The translations under genes were made by a program, and so were the position numbers. Of a stretch of 64,000 bases of DNA, positions 31,353 through 41,169 are shown piece by piece. Within the stretch, counting starts at the first letter, position 1, and each line of letters opens with the position of its first letter. The stretch is from NCBI GenBank assembly GCA_030265885.1, contig JAJDGX010000001.1:25080-89079 (forward strand), in the 5' to 3' direction. Origin of the DNA: Ruminococcaceae bacterium OttesenSCG-928-L11. GTDB taxonomy: Bacteria; Bacillota; Clostridia; Oscillospirales; Ruminococcaceae. The notes beneath the pieces are model-generated. The model was not told the DNA's origin. It worked only from the letters and a program-made list of their open reading frames with translations, and ran no database searches.

Positions 31353-32306
31353 ATGAAACAGTCTTACCCGAACCCCTTGATTGAACAGCGCGCCGATCCG
31401 TGGATTTACCGCCATTACGATGGAATGTACTATTGCACGGTGACTGTCCCCCAGTACGATCGCATTGAGCTGCGCCGGGCGGCGACAATCGCCGCTCTCG
31501 CCGAGGCACAATCTGCCGTCGTCTGGCGGAGGCACGACAGCGGCCCCATGAGCGCCTTGATTTGGGCACCGGAGATCCACTATCTGCGCGGCAAGTGGTA
31601 CATCTACTTTGCCGCCGCCCACACCGAAAAGGCGCACCCGCTGCACGGCACCTTCCAGCACCGCATGTACGTGTTGGAGTCGGATGACCCCACAGGCGTC
31701 TGGTACGAAAAGGGGCAGCTTGACAGCGGTATGGACAGCTTCTGTTTGGACGCGACCGCCTTCGAGGTGGATGACCGCCTCTACTATGTCTGGGCGCAGA
31801 AGGACCCGGGCATTCGCGGAAACTCCAACATCTACATCGCCGAAATGGAGACCCCCTGGAACCTTAAGAGCGCCCCCATGCTGCTCAGCAAGCCGGAATT
31901 TGACTGGGAGTGCTCGGTGATCCCTGTCAACGAGGGTCCGGCTGCACTCATCCACGACGGGCGCGTTTTCCTGACCTATTCGGCCAACGCCACCGGCGCG
32001 GAATATTGCGTCGGCCTGCTGACGGCCTCGCTGGACGCGCCGTTGCTGGATGCGGCAAGCTGGGCGAAGTTCTCCGAGCCGGTTTTCTGCAGCAACGCGG
32101 ACAACTGCAAGTTTGGCCCCGGCCACAACAGCTTTACAGTGGCGGAGGATGGCGAGACACCGCTGATCGTCTACCATGTACGGGACACCGAGCAAATCGC
32201 TGGCGACCCCCTGCAAAACCCCGATCGGCACACCTGCGTTCAGGCGTTTTCATTTAACGAGAGCGGTGTTCCTGTATTTGGAATACCGGCAAAGCGGAAC
32301 AAATAA
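31353..32306 (+). CDS. GH43 glycoside hydrolase, probable alpha-L-arabinofuranosidase
   Basis: QRADPWI, IWAPEIH, LDATAF, VNEGP and GPGHNSF motifs; no signal peptide. Confidence 0.9.
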   Translation: MKQSYPNPLIEQRADPWIYRHYDGMYYCTVTVPQYDRIELRRAATIAALAEAQSAVVWRRHDSGPMSALIWAPEIHYLRGKWYIYFAAAHTEKAHPLHGTFQHRMYVLESDDPTGVWYEKGQLDSGMDSFCLDATAFEVDDRLYYVWAQKDPGIRGNSNIYIAEMETPWNLKSAPMLLSKPEFDWECSVIPVNEGPAALIHDGRVFLTYSANATGAEYCVGLLTASLDAPLLDAASWAKFSEPVFCSNADNCKFGPGHNSFTVAEDGETPLIVYHVRDTEQIAGDPLQNPDRHTCVQAFSFNESGVPVFGIPAKRNK

Positions 32307-32326
32307 ATCCGCGCAAAAGTCAGCCA

Positions 32327-32370
32327 CAAAGCAGGGGAGAATGGGCAAATGCGCATTCTCCCCTGCTTTG
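32327..32370 (+). terminator. Terminator-like hairpin after GH43
   Basis: CAAAGCAGGGGAGAATG / CATTCTCCCCTGCTTTG stem. Confidence 0.7.
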
Positions 32371-32416
32371 GTTTCGTAGGCAACCAGAATGAAAAACCCA
32401 GCGCGGCTCCTATATA

Positions 32417-33597
32417 GGGCGTGTTGAAAAAAGGCCCCGGCCTACGCTGTGGGAATGGTATAATAGAGAAAACGGCGTAAGGGGCGGTAAAGATGAAAGC
32501 AGAACAGGTGGAAATGGTAAGCGTGGAGCAGCTGGTGCCAGAGAAGCACACATATCGGCGTCTAAAAATGCTATTGGATTTTGATCGAATAGCAAAGTCT
32601 GTGAAGCTGCCGCTAAAAGAGGTTGGAGCGACCGGTTTTGGCCGAACCCGGTTAATCATGTGCCTGATACTACAATTCATGGAGGACTTATCCGACCGTG
32701 AGTTCGAGCGATTTATCGCGGAGAACACTGCGGGGAAATGGTTCTGCGGATTTGGCCTGCTGGAGAAAACGCCTGATTTAACAACGATATGCAAGTTTCG
32801 TGGTATGGTGGGAACAAAGCAGATGAGCCAGATATTCGCAGAGGTGAAGCGGCAGCTGCAAGGTGTGGGATACTGCGCAGAGGTATTCACCTTCATTGAC
32901 GCCACAGCGCTGGTAAGCAAGCTGAGTCTGTGGGAGGAACGGGATAAGGCAATTACAGCTGGCTATGAAAAGCTGAACAACGAGGTGTTACCGGAGGTAT
33001 CCGCAGACCCGGAAGCCAAAATTGGTGCGAAGAGTAACAAGAAATTTTGGCATGGCTTTAAGAAGCATGTAGCAGTGGATATGCAAAGCGGGATGATTAC
33101 TCGTGTTGCGGTTACGCCCGCCAATATCACCGACGCGGACGGCGCGAAGCATGTCATGCCTCGTTCAGGAGCCGCCTGCACTGATAAGGGATACGTAGGC
33201 GCAATCTCTGAAATGTTGCGACGCGGGGTACATCCCATGGTGATCAAGCGCAATAACATGAAGGATAAGAACCGTGATCTGGATCGCTGGATTTCGGGGC
33301 TTCGCGCTCCCTTTGAGGCTACCTTTAGCAAACAGAACAAGCGTGTGCGCTACAAGGGCACCGTTAAAAATCAGGGCGCTGAGTTCCTGTATGCCGTCGC
33401 CTTCAATTTTCGACGGCTACTCGCACTGGTTCCTGCATAAGCCAAGGGGGGAGTGCGCCTTTGGGCGGTAACTTACCCCCTTATGGGGTAAAGAGTCGGT
33501 CGCAGTGCCGCTTACCTGTGCCTGTTCCGGACATTTTTAGCCTTATCAGGCATCCCCTTGGCTCTCGTATCAATTTTGCTCGTTTTTCAACAGACCC
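32417..33597 (+). mobile_element. IS5/IS1182-type insertion sequence A (1181 bp)
   Basis: TIRs GGGCGTGTTGAAAAA / TTTTTCAACAGACCC, flanked by ATATA direct repeats. Confidence 0.9.
32493..33440 (+). CDS. DDE transposase (IS5/IS1182-type, DUF772 N-terminus)
   Basis: LSDREFE, FIDAT, GFKKHVAVD, DKGY and RAPFEATF motifs. Confidence 0.9.
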   Translation: MKAEQVEMVSVEQLVPEKHTYRRLKMLLDFDRIAKSVKLPLKEVGATGFGRTRLIMCLILQFMEDLSDREFERFIAENTAGKWFCGFGLLEKTPDLTTICKFRGMVGTKQMSQIFAEVKRQLQGVGYCAEVFTFIDATALVSKLSLWEERDKAITAGYEKLNNEVLPEVSADPEAKIGAKSNKKFWHGFKKHVAVDMQSGMITRVAVTPANITDADGAKHVMPRSGAACTDKGYVGAISEMLRRGVHPMVIKRNNMKDKNRDLDRWISGLRAPFEATFSKQNKRVRYKGTVKNQGAEFLYAVAFNFRRLLALVPA

Positions 33598-34981
33598 ATA
33601 TAGGGTCTACTCCGCAACCCTCCCTTGTGAAGTGAAACACACAGCAAAAGCAACTGAACGAAGTCGAGAATACAAAGCGCAAAGGTTTCCGCAACCTCTT
33701 TGTGAGGTTAAGCAGCAGCAATGCAATGCCAATGGCGCAGCGGCAGGTATCTTCGAGACGCGCAGCAACGCGGCCCAAACCATAGGCTGTCTTAAGCGTG
33801 CCGAAAGCGCCCTCCACGGCGTTGAGATCACAGATATCAATGTATTCCTGCCGCTGCTGCTCCCTGGACAGACTTTTGTCCTTGGGTGGCCGCCCCAAAG
33901 CCGGGCCTGTCAGCCGAATACCATGCTCCTTGCAGAAGGCCAGGGTCTCCCGGTTTCGATAGATGCGGTCGGCCAGAATGCGGGATGGATAGTGGCCATA
34001 CCGGCTGCGATACCGCTCCACAATCTGAAAAAAGTCGTCGGCTTCGTTGTAGGCCTCGAAGGAAAGTTGTTCCATGCGAGCATAGCCGTTCACCAGGCTG
34101 ATGTGGAGCTTGGCGCCGAATTCGGTTTTCGCCCTGGCTTTTCCCTTGGGAATGGGACGGATATGGGGCTGGCTCAGGCTGACAATCCGATGGGGGATGC
34201 TGTGGGTGCGGGTTTCATACAGGATTCGCTGCTGCTCGTAGAGAGTGGTCATCAGATTCATCCGCTCGTCTGTCAGCAGGATGCCACTCTGCACATACTG
34301 GACGATATAGCCAACATCTCGGCGGATGTACTGAAGTTGGGCTTTGACCGCTTTCCTGAGCTGCTTTGCCGTCCGTTTCTTGCTCTTGGAGATCTTCAGA
34401 TATGCCTTCCTGGCTTTTTCCCGGTAGGTACGGGGCTTAGGCAGAGACTGGGCCTCACAGACTTGGTCAATGAGCCCCTCCAGCTTCTCACGGGCTTCAT
34501 TCAGGAGATTCACATCCTGTGGGTACGCAATATCTGCCGGACAGCAGGTGGCGTCCATGATCAGCGTCCCGCCATCCGGAGGACCATCGTTATCGTCCGA
34601 AACATCCTCTTTCGGGATCGTAATCTTCAGGTCCTCCTCGCTGAACCGCTTGCGGAACGCCACCATCGTCGACGCTCCAAAGGGACAGCTATCCCCGTAT
34701 TCCTTCATCCCGGTGAAGTATTGCAGGTAGGGGTTCTCGCTTACATGCCGTACCGTCCACTCGTCGCTGCACCGCAGTCGCCGCTTGATCAGCAGTGCCC
34801 CCAACGCCATTCGGCACGGATGGGCCGGATAGCCGTTGTTCTCGAACTGCGCCGCGTACCGCTCCTCTATCCGCTCCCACGGTAGTAGCTCCGCCAACTT
34901 TGCCCACTCGTTTTCGGGGTTCAGCTTCCCGTATGGGAACACAAAATCTTTCAGCTGCATCTGGCGATTCTCTTTGTACAT
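33587..34981 (-). CDS. IS5-family DDE transposase (stop codon lies outside its own element)
   Basis: ENPYLQYF, MDATC, TEFGAK, ADRIY and VEGAFG motifs; ATG MYKENR at 34981. Confidence 0.88.
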   Translation of the reverse strand: MYKENRQMQLKDFVFPYGKLNPENEWAKLAELLPWERIEERYAAQFENNGYPAHPCRMALGALLIKRRLRCSDEWTVRHVSENPYLQYFTGMKEYGDSCPFGASTMVAFRKRFSEEDLKITIPKEDVSDDNDGPPDGGTLIMDATCCPADIAYPQDVNLLNEAREKLEGLIDQVCEAQSLPKPRTYREKARKAYLKISKSKKRTAKQLRKAVKAQLQYIRRDVGYIVQYVQSGILLTDERMNLMTTLYEQQRILYETRTHSIPHRIVSLSQPHIRPIPKGKARAKTEFGAKLHISLVNGYARMEQLSFEAYNEADDFFQIVERYRSRYGHYPSRILADRIYRNRETLAFCKEHGIRLTGPALGRPPKDKSLSREQQRQEYIDICDLNAVEGAFGTLKTAYGLGRVAARLEDTCRCAIGIALLLLNLTKRLRKPLRFVFSTSFSCFCCVFHFTREGCGVDPIWVC

Positions 34982-35102
34982 CCTGGGCACCCCCAAGTGC
35001 AAGCTTTTTTCGCGTTTCCCGCGCTTTTCCTTGCATCTATTATACCAGATGTGCGGTGTTTTTGTATCTGTTATGCGGTGTTGGTGGTTGTGGAGTAGGC
35101 CC
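33603..35102 (-). mobile_element. IS5-family insertion sequence B (1500 bp)
   Basis: TIRs GGGTCTACTCCGCAACC / GGTTGTGGAGTAGGCCC; TATATA target. Confidence 0.9.
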
Positions 35103-35146
35103 TATATAGGGGCTGCACCGTTTTTTGCGTTCTCAGTGAGGAAATC

Positions 35147-35177
35147 GGACAAAACACCTTGACAAAATGTTTAGGAA
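35147..35177 (+). other. attR of the nested element (GAA core 35175-35177), containing TTGACA
   Basis: GGACAAAACACCTTGACAAAATGTTTAG-GAA, immediately followed by virB4 codons AAT TCC GAC TTC. Confidence 0.85.
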
Positions 35178-35405
35178 AATTCCGACTTCATATTGATGCT
35201 CAATCAGGCGGCGGGTGACCGGAATATCCTCGCCAAGATGCTGGGCATCTCGGCCAATCAGCTCTCGTATGTGACCCACAGTGGTCCAGGCGAGGGCCTT
35301 GTCTTTTTCGGGGACGTCATCATCCCGGTGGTGGATCGGTTCCCCAAGGACACCGAGCTGTACCGGCTGCTGACAACCCGGCCATCCGAGGCGGTGATGG
35401 CATGA
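35178..35405 (+). pseudogene. virB4: VirB4 ATPase, 3' part (75 codons)
   Basis: NSDFILMLNQAAGDRNILAKMLGISANQLSYVTHSGPGEGL...DRFPKDTELYRLLTTRP is the canonical C-terminus and is in frame with 13610. Confidence 0.95.
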
Positions 35406-36229
35406 TGAATACAGCTGCAACCATTCTATCTGACAGCCGCGGTCACGATGACCGCGGCATTTCCCATTCCAGGGAGCATTTCCATGCAGTAAGCCTGAGC
35501 GGGGGCAAGGACAGCTCGGCGCTACTGCTGCTGATGATCGAGCGCGGCATGCCCATTGACATGGTGCTCACAGCGGACACCGGCATGGAATTCCCCGAAA
35601 TGTACGCGCATCTCGCCAAGCTGGACGCTCATCTTTACCGGGAGCGTGGCATTCACATCACCACCCTGCGCCATCCCAAGGGCTTCGAGTGGCTGATGTT
35701 CGAGGAGCCGAAGCAAAAGGCGACCAGCATAGCCAAGCGGCTGGAGCTGGGGATTCCTTTGCAGGGCAACGGCTGGCCGGGTATGAAGGTGCGGTGGTGC
35801 ACCGGTCAGCTTAAAAGCCACCTCATCAACAAGGAGGTCAACCGCATCAAAGGGCAGCACCGCGCCCTCCACTACATCGGCATCGCCGCGGATGAACCGA
35901 AGCGCGTCAAGGGCGAGGTGTATCCGTTGGTGGAGTGGGGCATCACTGAGGCACAGGCACTGCAAATCTGCTATGACCGCGGCTTCGATTTCGGCGGGCT
36001 GTATCAAATCTACCGCAGGGCATCCTGCTGGTGCTGCCCATTCCAGCGTATAGGTGAGCTTCGCAAGCTGCGTCAGCATCATCCTGAGCTGTGGGCGCGC
36101 CTGCTTCAGATGGACAACCGGGCCCGGGCCATGTTCGGCCCCGGACCCCTGGGGCAGTTTCGCAAGGATTGGACCGTGGAGCGGCTAGAAGCCCGGTTCG
36201 CCGCGGAGAAAAAGGAGGATTCGGTTTGA
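35402..36229 (+). CDS. PAPS-reductase/DndC-like PP-loop protein with Cys motifs
   Basis: SLSGGKDS, DTGMEFPE, RWCT, YPLVEW and RASCWCCP motifs. Confidence 0.85.
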   Translation: MMNTAATILSDSRGHDDRGISHSREHFHAVSLSGGKDSSALLLLMIERGMPIDMVLTADTGMEFPEMYAHLAKLDAHLYRERGIHITTLRHPKGFEWLMFEEPKQKATSIAKRLELGIPLQGNGWPGMKVRWCTGQLKSHLINKEVNRIKGQHRALHYIGIAADEPKRVKGEVYPLVEWGITEAQALQICYDRGFDFGGLYQIYRRASCWCCPFQRIGELRKLRQHHPELWARLLQMDNRARAMFGPGPLGQFRKDWTVERLEARFAAEKKEDSV

Positions 36230-37017
36230 GCAACACATACAACGGTTTGGCGCTCCAGAGGGACAGCAATATCATAGAGCTAACTGCCATTCTGGAAGCC
36301 AATGGCCGGGGCGGAGCAGCCCGTGACCTGCGGGATCTGTCTTGGCAGATTTCCGGCATGGAGCGACAGCTTGCGTCGGCCACGCGGGAGCTTGCGGCCA
36401 TGCGCCGGGAGCTTTCCGAGCTGCGCGAGCTGCACGGCGAACCGCTCCACAATACGGCACAGCAGGGTATCGACACCGCCACCCGCCAGATTATGAAGGC
36501 GAAGGAGCGACTGGGCGCCGTCAAGGAATGGTTTGTACAGGGCGCCAAGGATGCCTGCGCCGCCGTGAAGGAGATGGGGATCGGCGCGCTCAGCGGTGCG
36601 GCTTCCTTTCTTGGCGTGCGCAGGGAGCTGGAGAAGCTTCGGGAGGATTCCACCGAAAGCATTGCGCGGTGCGACCGGTCCCTTGCCCGCATTGAGAATA
36701 TCAGCCGCAATTTCCACGAGGTTGGCACCGCAACGCGCAACTTTGGCCGCTCGTTGGCCGGAAAGGAGCAGCAGGACGATACAAAGCCCATGGGCAAGCT
36801 GGCGAAGCTGGCTTCCGCTCCCCATCTCACCCTCAAAAAACTACACGCCGGCATGATAAAGGGCGCGGACGCTGCCCTCGGCAAGCTGGAAAAATTGGAG
36901 CAGGCGGCAAAGCCCTCCCTGCTGGGAAGCCTGCAGACCATGAAGGAGACCGCGACGAAGGAGCATGGCATGGCGCTGTCGCCTGGAAAAACCAAATCCC
37001 AGGAACCGTCACTTTGA
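36226..37017 (+). CDS. DUF6674-like coiled-coil ICE protein with KPSLL tail
   Basis: TTG start after AAGGAGG overlapping the upstream stop; ISGMERQL..ATREL..MRREL pattern. Confidence 0.7.
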   Translation: MSNTYNGLALQRDSNIIELTAILEANGRGGAARDLRDLSWQISGMERQLASATRELAAMRRELSELRELHGEPLHNTAQQGIDTATRQIMKAKERLGAVKEWFVQGAKDACAAVKEMGIGALSGAASFLGVRRELEKLREDSTESIARCDRSLARIENISRNFHEVGTATRNFGRSLAGKEQQDDTKPMGKLAKLASAPHLTLKKLHAGMIKGADAALGKLEKLEQAAKPSLLGSLQTMKETATKEHGMALSPGKTKSQEPSL

Positions 37018-37044
37018 TTCGCAGTCAGTGGGAGGTGATGCGAT

Positions 37045-39417
37045 TTGCGCGATGAAAGACTGAGCGCACGGGAGAAAAAGACCCACAAAATGAGCAGGGA
37101 TGGCTTGGTGGAGCGCAATCAGAGCACCGGCGAGGAACAGCGCGTCAGCCAGCGGGGACAGGATTTTCAATTGCGGCGCGGCGAGCCGGAGCAGCAGAGC
37201 TTTTTCATCCGGGATACACTCGACTGGCACTCTCGCCGCCAGCATCGACCGCCTGATTCGCCGGATACAGCACAACCCGGCGCATCCGATATTGCTCCAG
37301 ACACTACCGGTGCTGACGATGTTCCCAGCATCCCTGAGCAAGCACCCGGAGGAAGTGAGCGCGGGCAACACGCCCACGCTTCCCCTGGGGAAACACTCAG
37401 CCACAAGCAGCGTGGCACAGCATACCAGAGACGATTCACCCAGAATCCCCCCGCGCCGGAGCAACCCGCTTCGAAAGCGCCCGGAAATGGGCCGGAGCGC
37501 CCTCACGCCGCGCCGATGCCGGATCGGTCGGGCGGCACCCCCAACCCTGAATCCGCCCCAAACCGGGGCGACACGCCGCCATCACGCTTGCAGTTTGATA
37601 AGGCGGCGCGGACACAGGACAGGCATTCCCATGATTCGCAGCACAGCTCCCGGTATGCGCAGAGGTTTCTGCCCGATCAGCCGGACGTGGCGGCAAATTC
37701 CGCGCCGCCCTCCGGTGCTCAGCAGACCTCACCTGCGGCGGAGCCGCCCGCAAAGCCCGCCGCGCCCAAGCTCCAGTTCGCCGCCGATGAAAAGCCGCCT
37801 GACCCTCCGGGGCAGAAGCTGGCTGATCGCAAACTCGCCCAGGCAACACATCGGGCCGAGCGTGTCAGCGGTAAGCTAGATCAGGCGCGAGAGAAGCTCC
37901 CCGCCCGCCGCCGACCGGCCATTAAAAAGGAGGTCAATCCTGATTCCGGCAAGGTTCAGCGGCGGTTGCGTTTTGAGAAGGAGATCAAAACTCAGCGTCA
38001 GCATGTGAAGGGGCCGCGTCCGCTCCGGCCGGTAAAAGCGGCGGGCAACGCCGCTGTCGGCTACGCACACAAAAAGCTGTATCAGGCGGAGGAGGAAAAT
38101 GTCGGCACCAAGGCCGCTCACCGCACTGAAATGGCTGCCGAGGGGGCTTTGCGCTCAACGTATCGGCTTCACAAGACCCGGCCATATCGCCGTGTGCAGC
38201 GGCTTCAACAAAAATCCGTCAAGATGAACGCCCGCGCCGCGTATCAGCAAGCCTTGCGTGATAATCTGCCAGACGGGCTCCGTCCCAGGCTGCGTAGCAA
38301 TCTTTTCTCCCGCATGGCACAGAAACGAAGGATTAAGCGGCAATACGCCAAGGCAGCGCGGGATGCGAAGCGGGCGGGCGGCGCGGTAAAACAGGCGGGT
38401 AACGTGCTATCAAAAGCATTTCACTCCGTTGCCAGTGTTGTCCGACGCCACCCTGTTGCAGTGGGCGCGGTGGCGCTTCTGCTGCTAATGATGATGGTGA
38501 TCAGCGGGATCTTTACCTCCTGCGCCAGCATGGCGAGCGGCGGGATGTCGGCGTTCCTCACAGCCAGCTACACCGCTCCCGACGCCGATATTGACGGTGC
38601 GGAGGTGACCTATCGGGAGTGGGAAGCCGACCTGCAATTCCAGATCGACAACGCGGAGACAGATTATCCTGATTTTGACGAGTACCTCTACAGCGTGGAT
38701 GACATCGGTCATGACCCCTATTTGCTGATGGCATACTTAACCGCGAAATACGGCGATTTTACACTAGCGGATGTGGAGGCGGATCTGAGGGAAATCTTCT
38801 CCGAGCAGTATACTTTAACCTTTGCGCCTGAAAGCGAAACCAGATACGCCGATCCGGGCGACTCGGATAAGGACGGCGACCGTGAGCCATATATTTGGCG
38901 CACACTGCATATCATCCTGACCGCACGCCCCTTTGCCGAGGTAATCGGCGACCGTCTGAACGATGAGCAGAAGGAGCATCAGGACCTGCTCATGGACAGC
39001 GGCGGCAACCGGCAGTACGCGGGCAGCCCCTTTCCCTTTGACTGGCGGCCGTACATCTCCTGCTACTACGGCTGGCGGGTTAACCCGGTCACCGGATTAA
39101 AGGACAATCACCAGGCGGTGGATATTGCTGTTGCCCGCAGCACGCCGATTCTCGCCGCCCATGATGGCACTGTCACCATCTCCACCCTGCACGATGCCTA
39201 TGGATACTATATCGCGCTGGATGATGGGAATGGCCTGGTGACGAAATATGCCCACTGCGATCAGCTTCTGGTCGGAGTCGGGCATGAGGTGAAGCAGGGT
39301 GATGTCATTGCTCTTGTCGGCAGCACCGGCGACTCGACCGGTCCCCATTTGCACTATGAGGTCATTAAGGACGGTACCTATCTCAATCCGCTATACTTCG
39401 CCCACAGCGGCGAATAG
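37045..39417 (+). CDS. CD1108-like conjugation protein with C-terminal M23 peptidase (peptidoglycan hydrolase)
   Basis: KMSRDGLVERN N-terminus, TM helix, HQAVDIA (HxxxD) and STGPHLHYE (HxH) motifs. Confidence 0.9.
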   Translation: MRDERLSAREKKTHKMSRDGLVERNQSTGEEQRVSQRGQDFQLRRGEPEQQSFFIRDTLDWHSRRQHRPPDSPDTAQPGASDIAPDTTGADDVPSIPEQAPGGSERGQHAHASPGETLSHKQRGTAYQRRFTQNPPAPEQPASKAPGNGPERPHAAPMPDRSGGTPNPESAPNRGDTPPSRLQFDKAARTQDRHSHDSQHSSRYAQRFLPDQPDVAANSAPPSGAQQTSPAAEPPAKPAAPKLQFAADEKPPDPPGQKLADRKLAQATHRAERVSGKLDQAREKLPARRRPAIKKEVNPDSGKVQRRLRFEKEIKTQRQHVKGPRPLRPVKAAGNAAVGYAHKKLYQAEEENVGTKAAHRTEMAAEGALRSTYRLHKTRPYRRVQRLQQKSVKMNARAAYQQALRDNLPDGLRPRLRSNLFSRMAQKRRIKRQYAKAARDAKRAGGAVKQAGNVLSKAFHSVASVVRRHPVAVGAVALLLLMMMVISGIFTSCASMASGGMSAFLTASYTAPDADIDGAEVTYREWEADLQFQIDNAETDYPDFDEYLYSVDDIGHDPYLLMAYLTAKYGDFTLADVEADLREIFSEQYTLTFAPESETRYADPGDSDKDGDREPYIWRTLHIILTARPFAEVIGDRLNDEQKEHQDLLMDSGGNRQYAGSPFPFDWRPYISCYYGWRVNPVTGLKDNHQAVDIAVARSTPILAAHDGTVTISTLHDAYGYYIALDDGNGLVTKYAHCDQLLVGVGHEVKQGDVIALVGSTGDSTGPHLHYEVIKDGTYLNPLYFAHSGE

Positions 39418-39458
39418 CGCATATTTATCAGAATATTTTGCACATAGGAGGTAATCGA

Positions 39459-39755
39459 TTGACTCCAAAAATACAGAAGATTTCAGCGGAAATTGATAAG
39501 ACCCGGACGCGGCTGGACGAGCTGCGGGAGCGGCTCCGCGATCTGGAACGGCAAAAGACCGACCTTGAAAACATTGAAATTGTGGCGCTGTTCCGCTCCC
39601 TGGAGGTAGCGCCCGACAAGCTGCCCGATTTTATCGCCAGCATGCAGCGGTCCGCTTCTCTGCCCCAGGCGGTTTCCACGCCCATGGACACAGGCGGTTC
39701 CGGCGCGTACACCTCCGTGTTCACGCGGCGGGAGGAGGGCGACGATGAAGAGTAA
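39459..39755 (+). CDS. DUF4315-family protein
   Basis: PKIQKISAEIDKTR...KTDLENIEIV; RBS AGGAGG. Confidence 0.8.
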   Translation: MTPKIQKISAEIDKTRTRLDELRERLRDLERQKTDLENIEIVALFRSLEVAPDKLPDFIASMQRSASLPQAVSTPMDTGGSGAYTSVFTRREEGDDEE

Positions 39756-41169
39756 ATTGCTGACGCTCCTGCTCTGCACGGGCGCTATATTTGCCCTGTC
39801 GTTGCCGGTGTTTGCCTCTGGGCCGGAGCTGATCAGCGGCGGGGCGCAGACAGGCGGCATCACGCAGGTGGAGCCTGACCCCTCCGCGCCGGAGACACCG
39901 CAGGAATCCTCGACCCCGGAACCGCCGCCCCCGCCAGTGGAGGCGAAATATCGCATTACAATCACCCCTCCGGGCGGCTGGTATACAAAATCGGCTACTG
40001 TAAAAATCAAGCTGGAGGATATTGCCGGGACAGGATTTGATAAGGCCGAAATCAAGGCCGGGCAGAACGGCAAGTGGCAGGATATTTCCGGCGATCTTGC
40101 CGACGGCCTCCACGCTTCCTTTTCGATCACCGACAATGACACTATATATGTTGCTGTCACTGATTCCACCGGCAAGGCGCATGTGAGGTCCTTGTACATC
40201 GAATGCTTCGACCGGGAGGCTCCCTCTGTTAAGGCCCGGATTGATGGCAAAACCCTGCGCATTGATGCGGAGGATACCCTCTCCGGCGTGGGCAGCGTGT
40301 TCGTCAATGGCCATGAGCTGGACGATCTGCGGGACGGCTCGCTGGATGTTCGTGTCAAGGAGTATGCCGATGCGGATGAGCGCGAGATTTTTGTCTATGC
40401 AGTGGATGAGGCCGGCAACCGCAGCAAGACCGTCACCGTTAAAAATCCGTATTATGAGGAGGCAAGCAGCTCTGACCCCGCAGCCACGCCAAGCACACCG
40501 ACGCCGACCACACCGGCACCGGCTGCTCCGTCCACGCCCGCGACACAAACACCCCAGACCACCGATCCCGTACCAGCACCAGAGATCGACCCCACCGAGA
40601 GCGCCATTCCCGATGCGGAAAGCAAGCCCTTCACCCCGGATGGTACGGGTTCTGTTGTAGACAATGCCACCGAGCAGGACGGTAAGGAGTTTTTCACCAT
40701 CACCACCGAGGAGGAGAACATTTTCTATCTGGTCATCGACCGGCAACGGGACAGCGACGGTGTGTATCTGCTCAATGCCGTCACCGAGGATGATCTGATG
40801 GCGCTGGCTGAAAAATCCCCGCCCACTGAGGGTGCCATCCCTGACCCGGAGCCTGTTCCAGAGCCGATTCCTGCGCCAATCCCCACACCGGAGTCAGAGC
40901 CAGAGCCTGATCCCCAGCCGGAGCCCGCCCCTGCAGCTGCGGAAAGCAATACCGGCATGATCCTCTTTATCATCCTTGCGGTTCTTGCCGTAGGCGGAGC
41001 CGGGTACTACTTCAAAATCCTGAAACCCAGGCAGCAGGCGGCTATCGACGCGGATGAGGACGATGAGGGCGAATTTGCCGATGATGAGGATTATTCCGAT
41101 GACGATCAGCCTGATTGGGATGTGGAGGATTCCGATTTTGACGCGGATGAGGATGGTGATCTCTCGTGA
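39745..41169 (+). CDS. DUF4366 (CD1107-like) secreted, membrane-anchored ICE protein
   Basis: Signal peptide; KPFTPDGTG...KEFFTITT..ENIFYLVIDRQRD...VYLLNAVTEDDLMALAE; TM helix GAGYYFK; acidic tail. Confidence 0.88.
   Translation: MKSKLLTLLLCTGAIFALSLPVFASGPELISGGAQTGGITQVEPDPSAPETPQESSTPEPPPPPVEAKYRITITPPGGWYTKSATVKIKLEDIAGTGFDKAEIKAGQNGKWQDISGDLADGLHASFSITDNDTIYVAVTDSTGKAHVRSLYIECFDREAPSVKARIDGKTLRIDAEDTLSGVGSVFVNGHELDDLRDGSLDVRVKEYADADEREIFVYAVDEAGNRSKTVTVKNPYYEEASSSDPAATPSTPTPTTPAPAAPSTPATQTPQTTDPVPAPEIDPTESAIPDAESKPFTPDGTGSVVDNATEQDGKEFFTITTEEENIFYLVIDRQRDSDGVYLLNAVTEDDLMALAEKSPPTEGAIPDPEPVPEPIPAPIPTPESEPEPDPQPEPAPAAAESNTGMILFIILAVLAVGGAGYYFKILKPRQQAAIDADEDDEGEFADDEDYSDDDQPDWDVEDSDFDADEDGDLS

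Noticed and set aside
32417-35102. Composite transposon formed by the two IS elements
   Set aside because: They are different elements with different TIRs and only 5 bp between them, so there is no passenger DNA.
35402-36229. Functional link between the PAPS-reductase-like gene and the sulfatase/sulfotransferase cargo
   Set aside because: It lies outside attR and is coupled to virB4, so it belongs to the host ICE; the proximity is explained by the insertion site.
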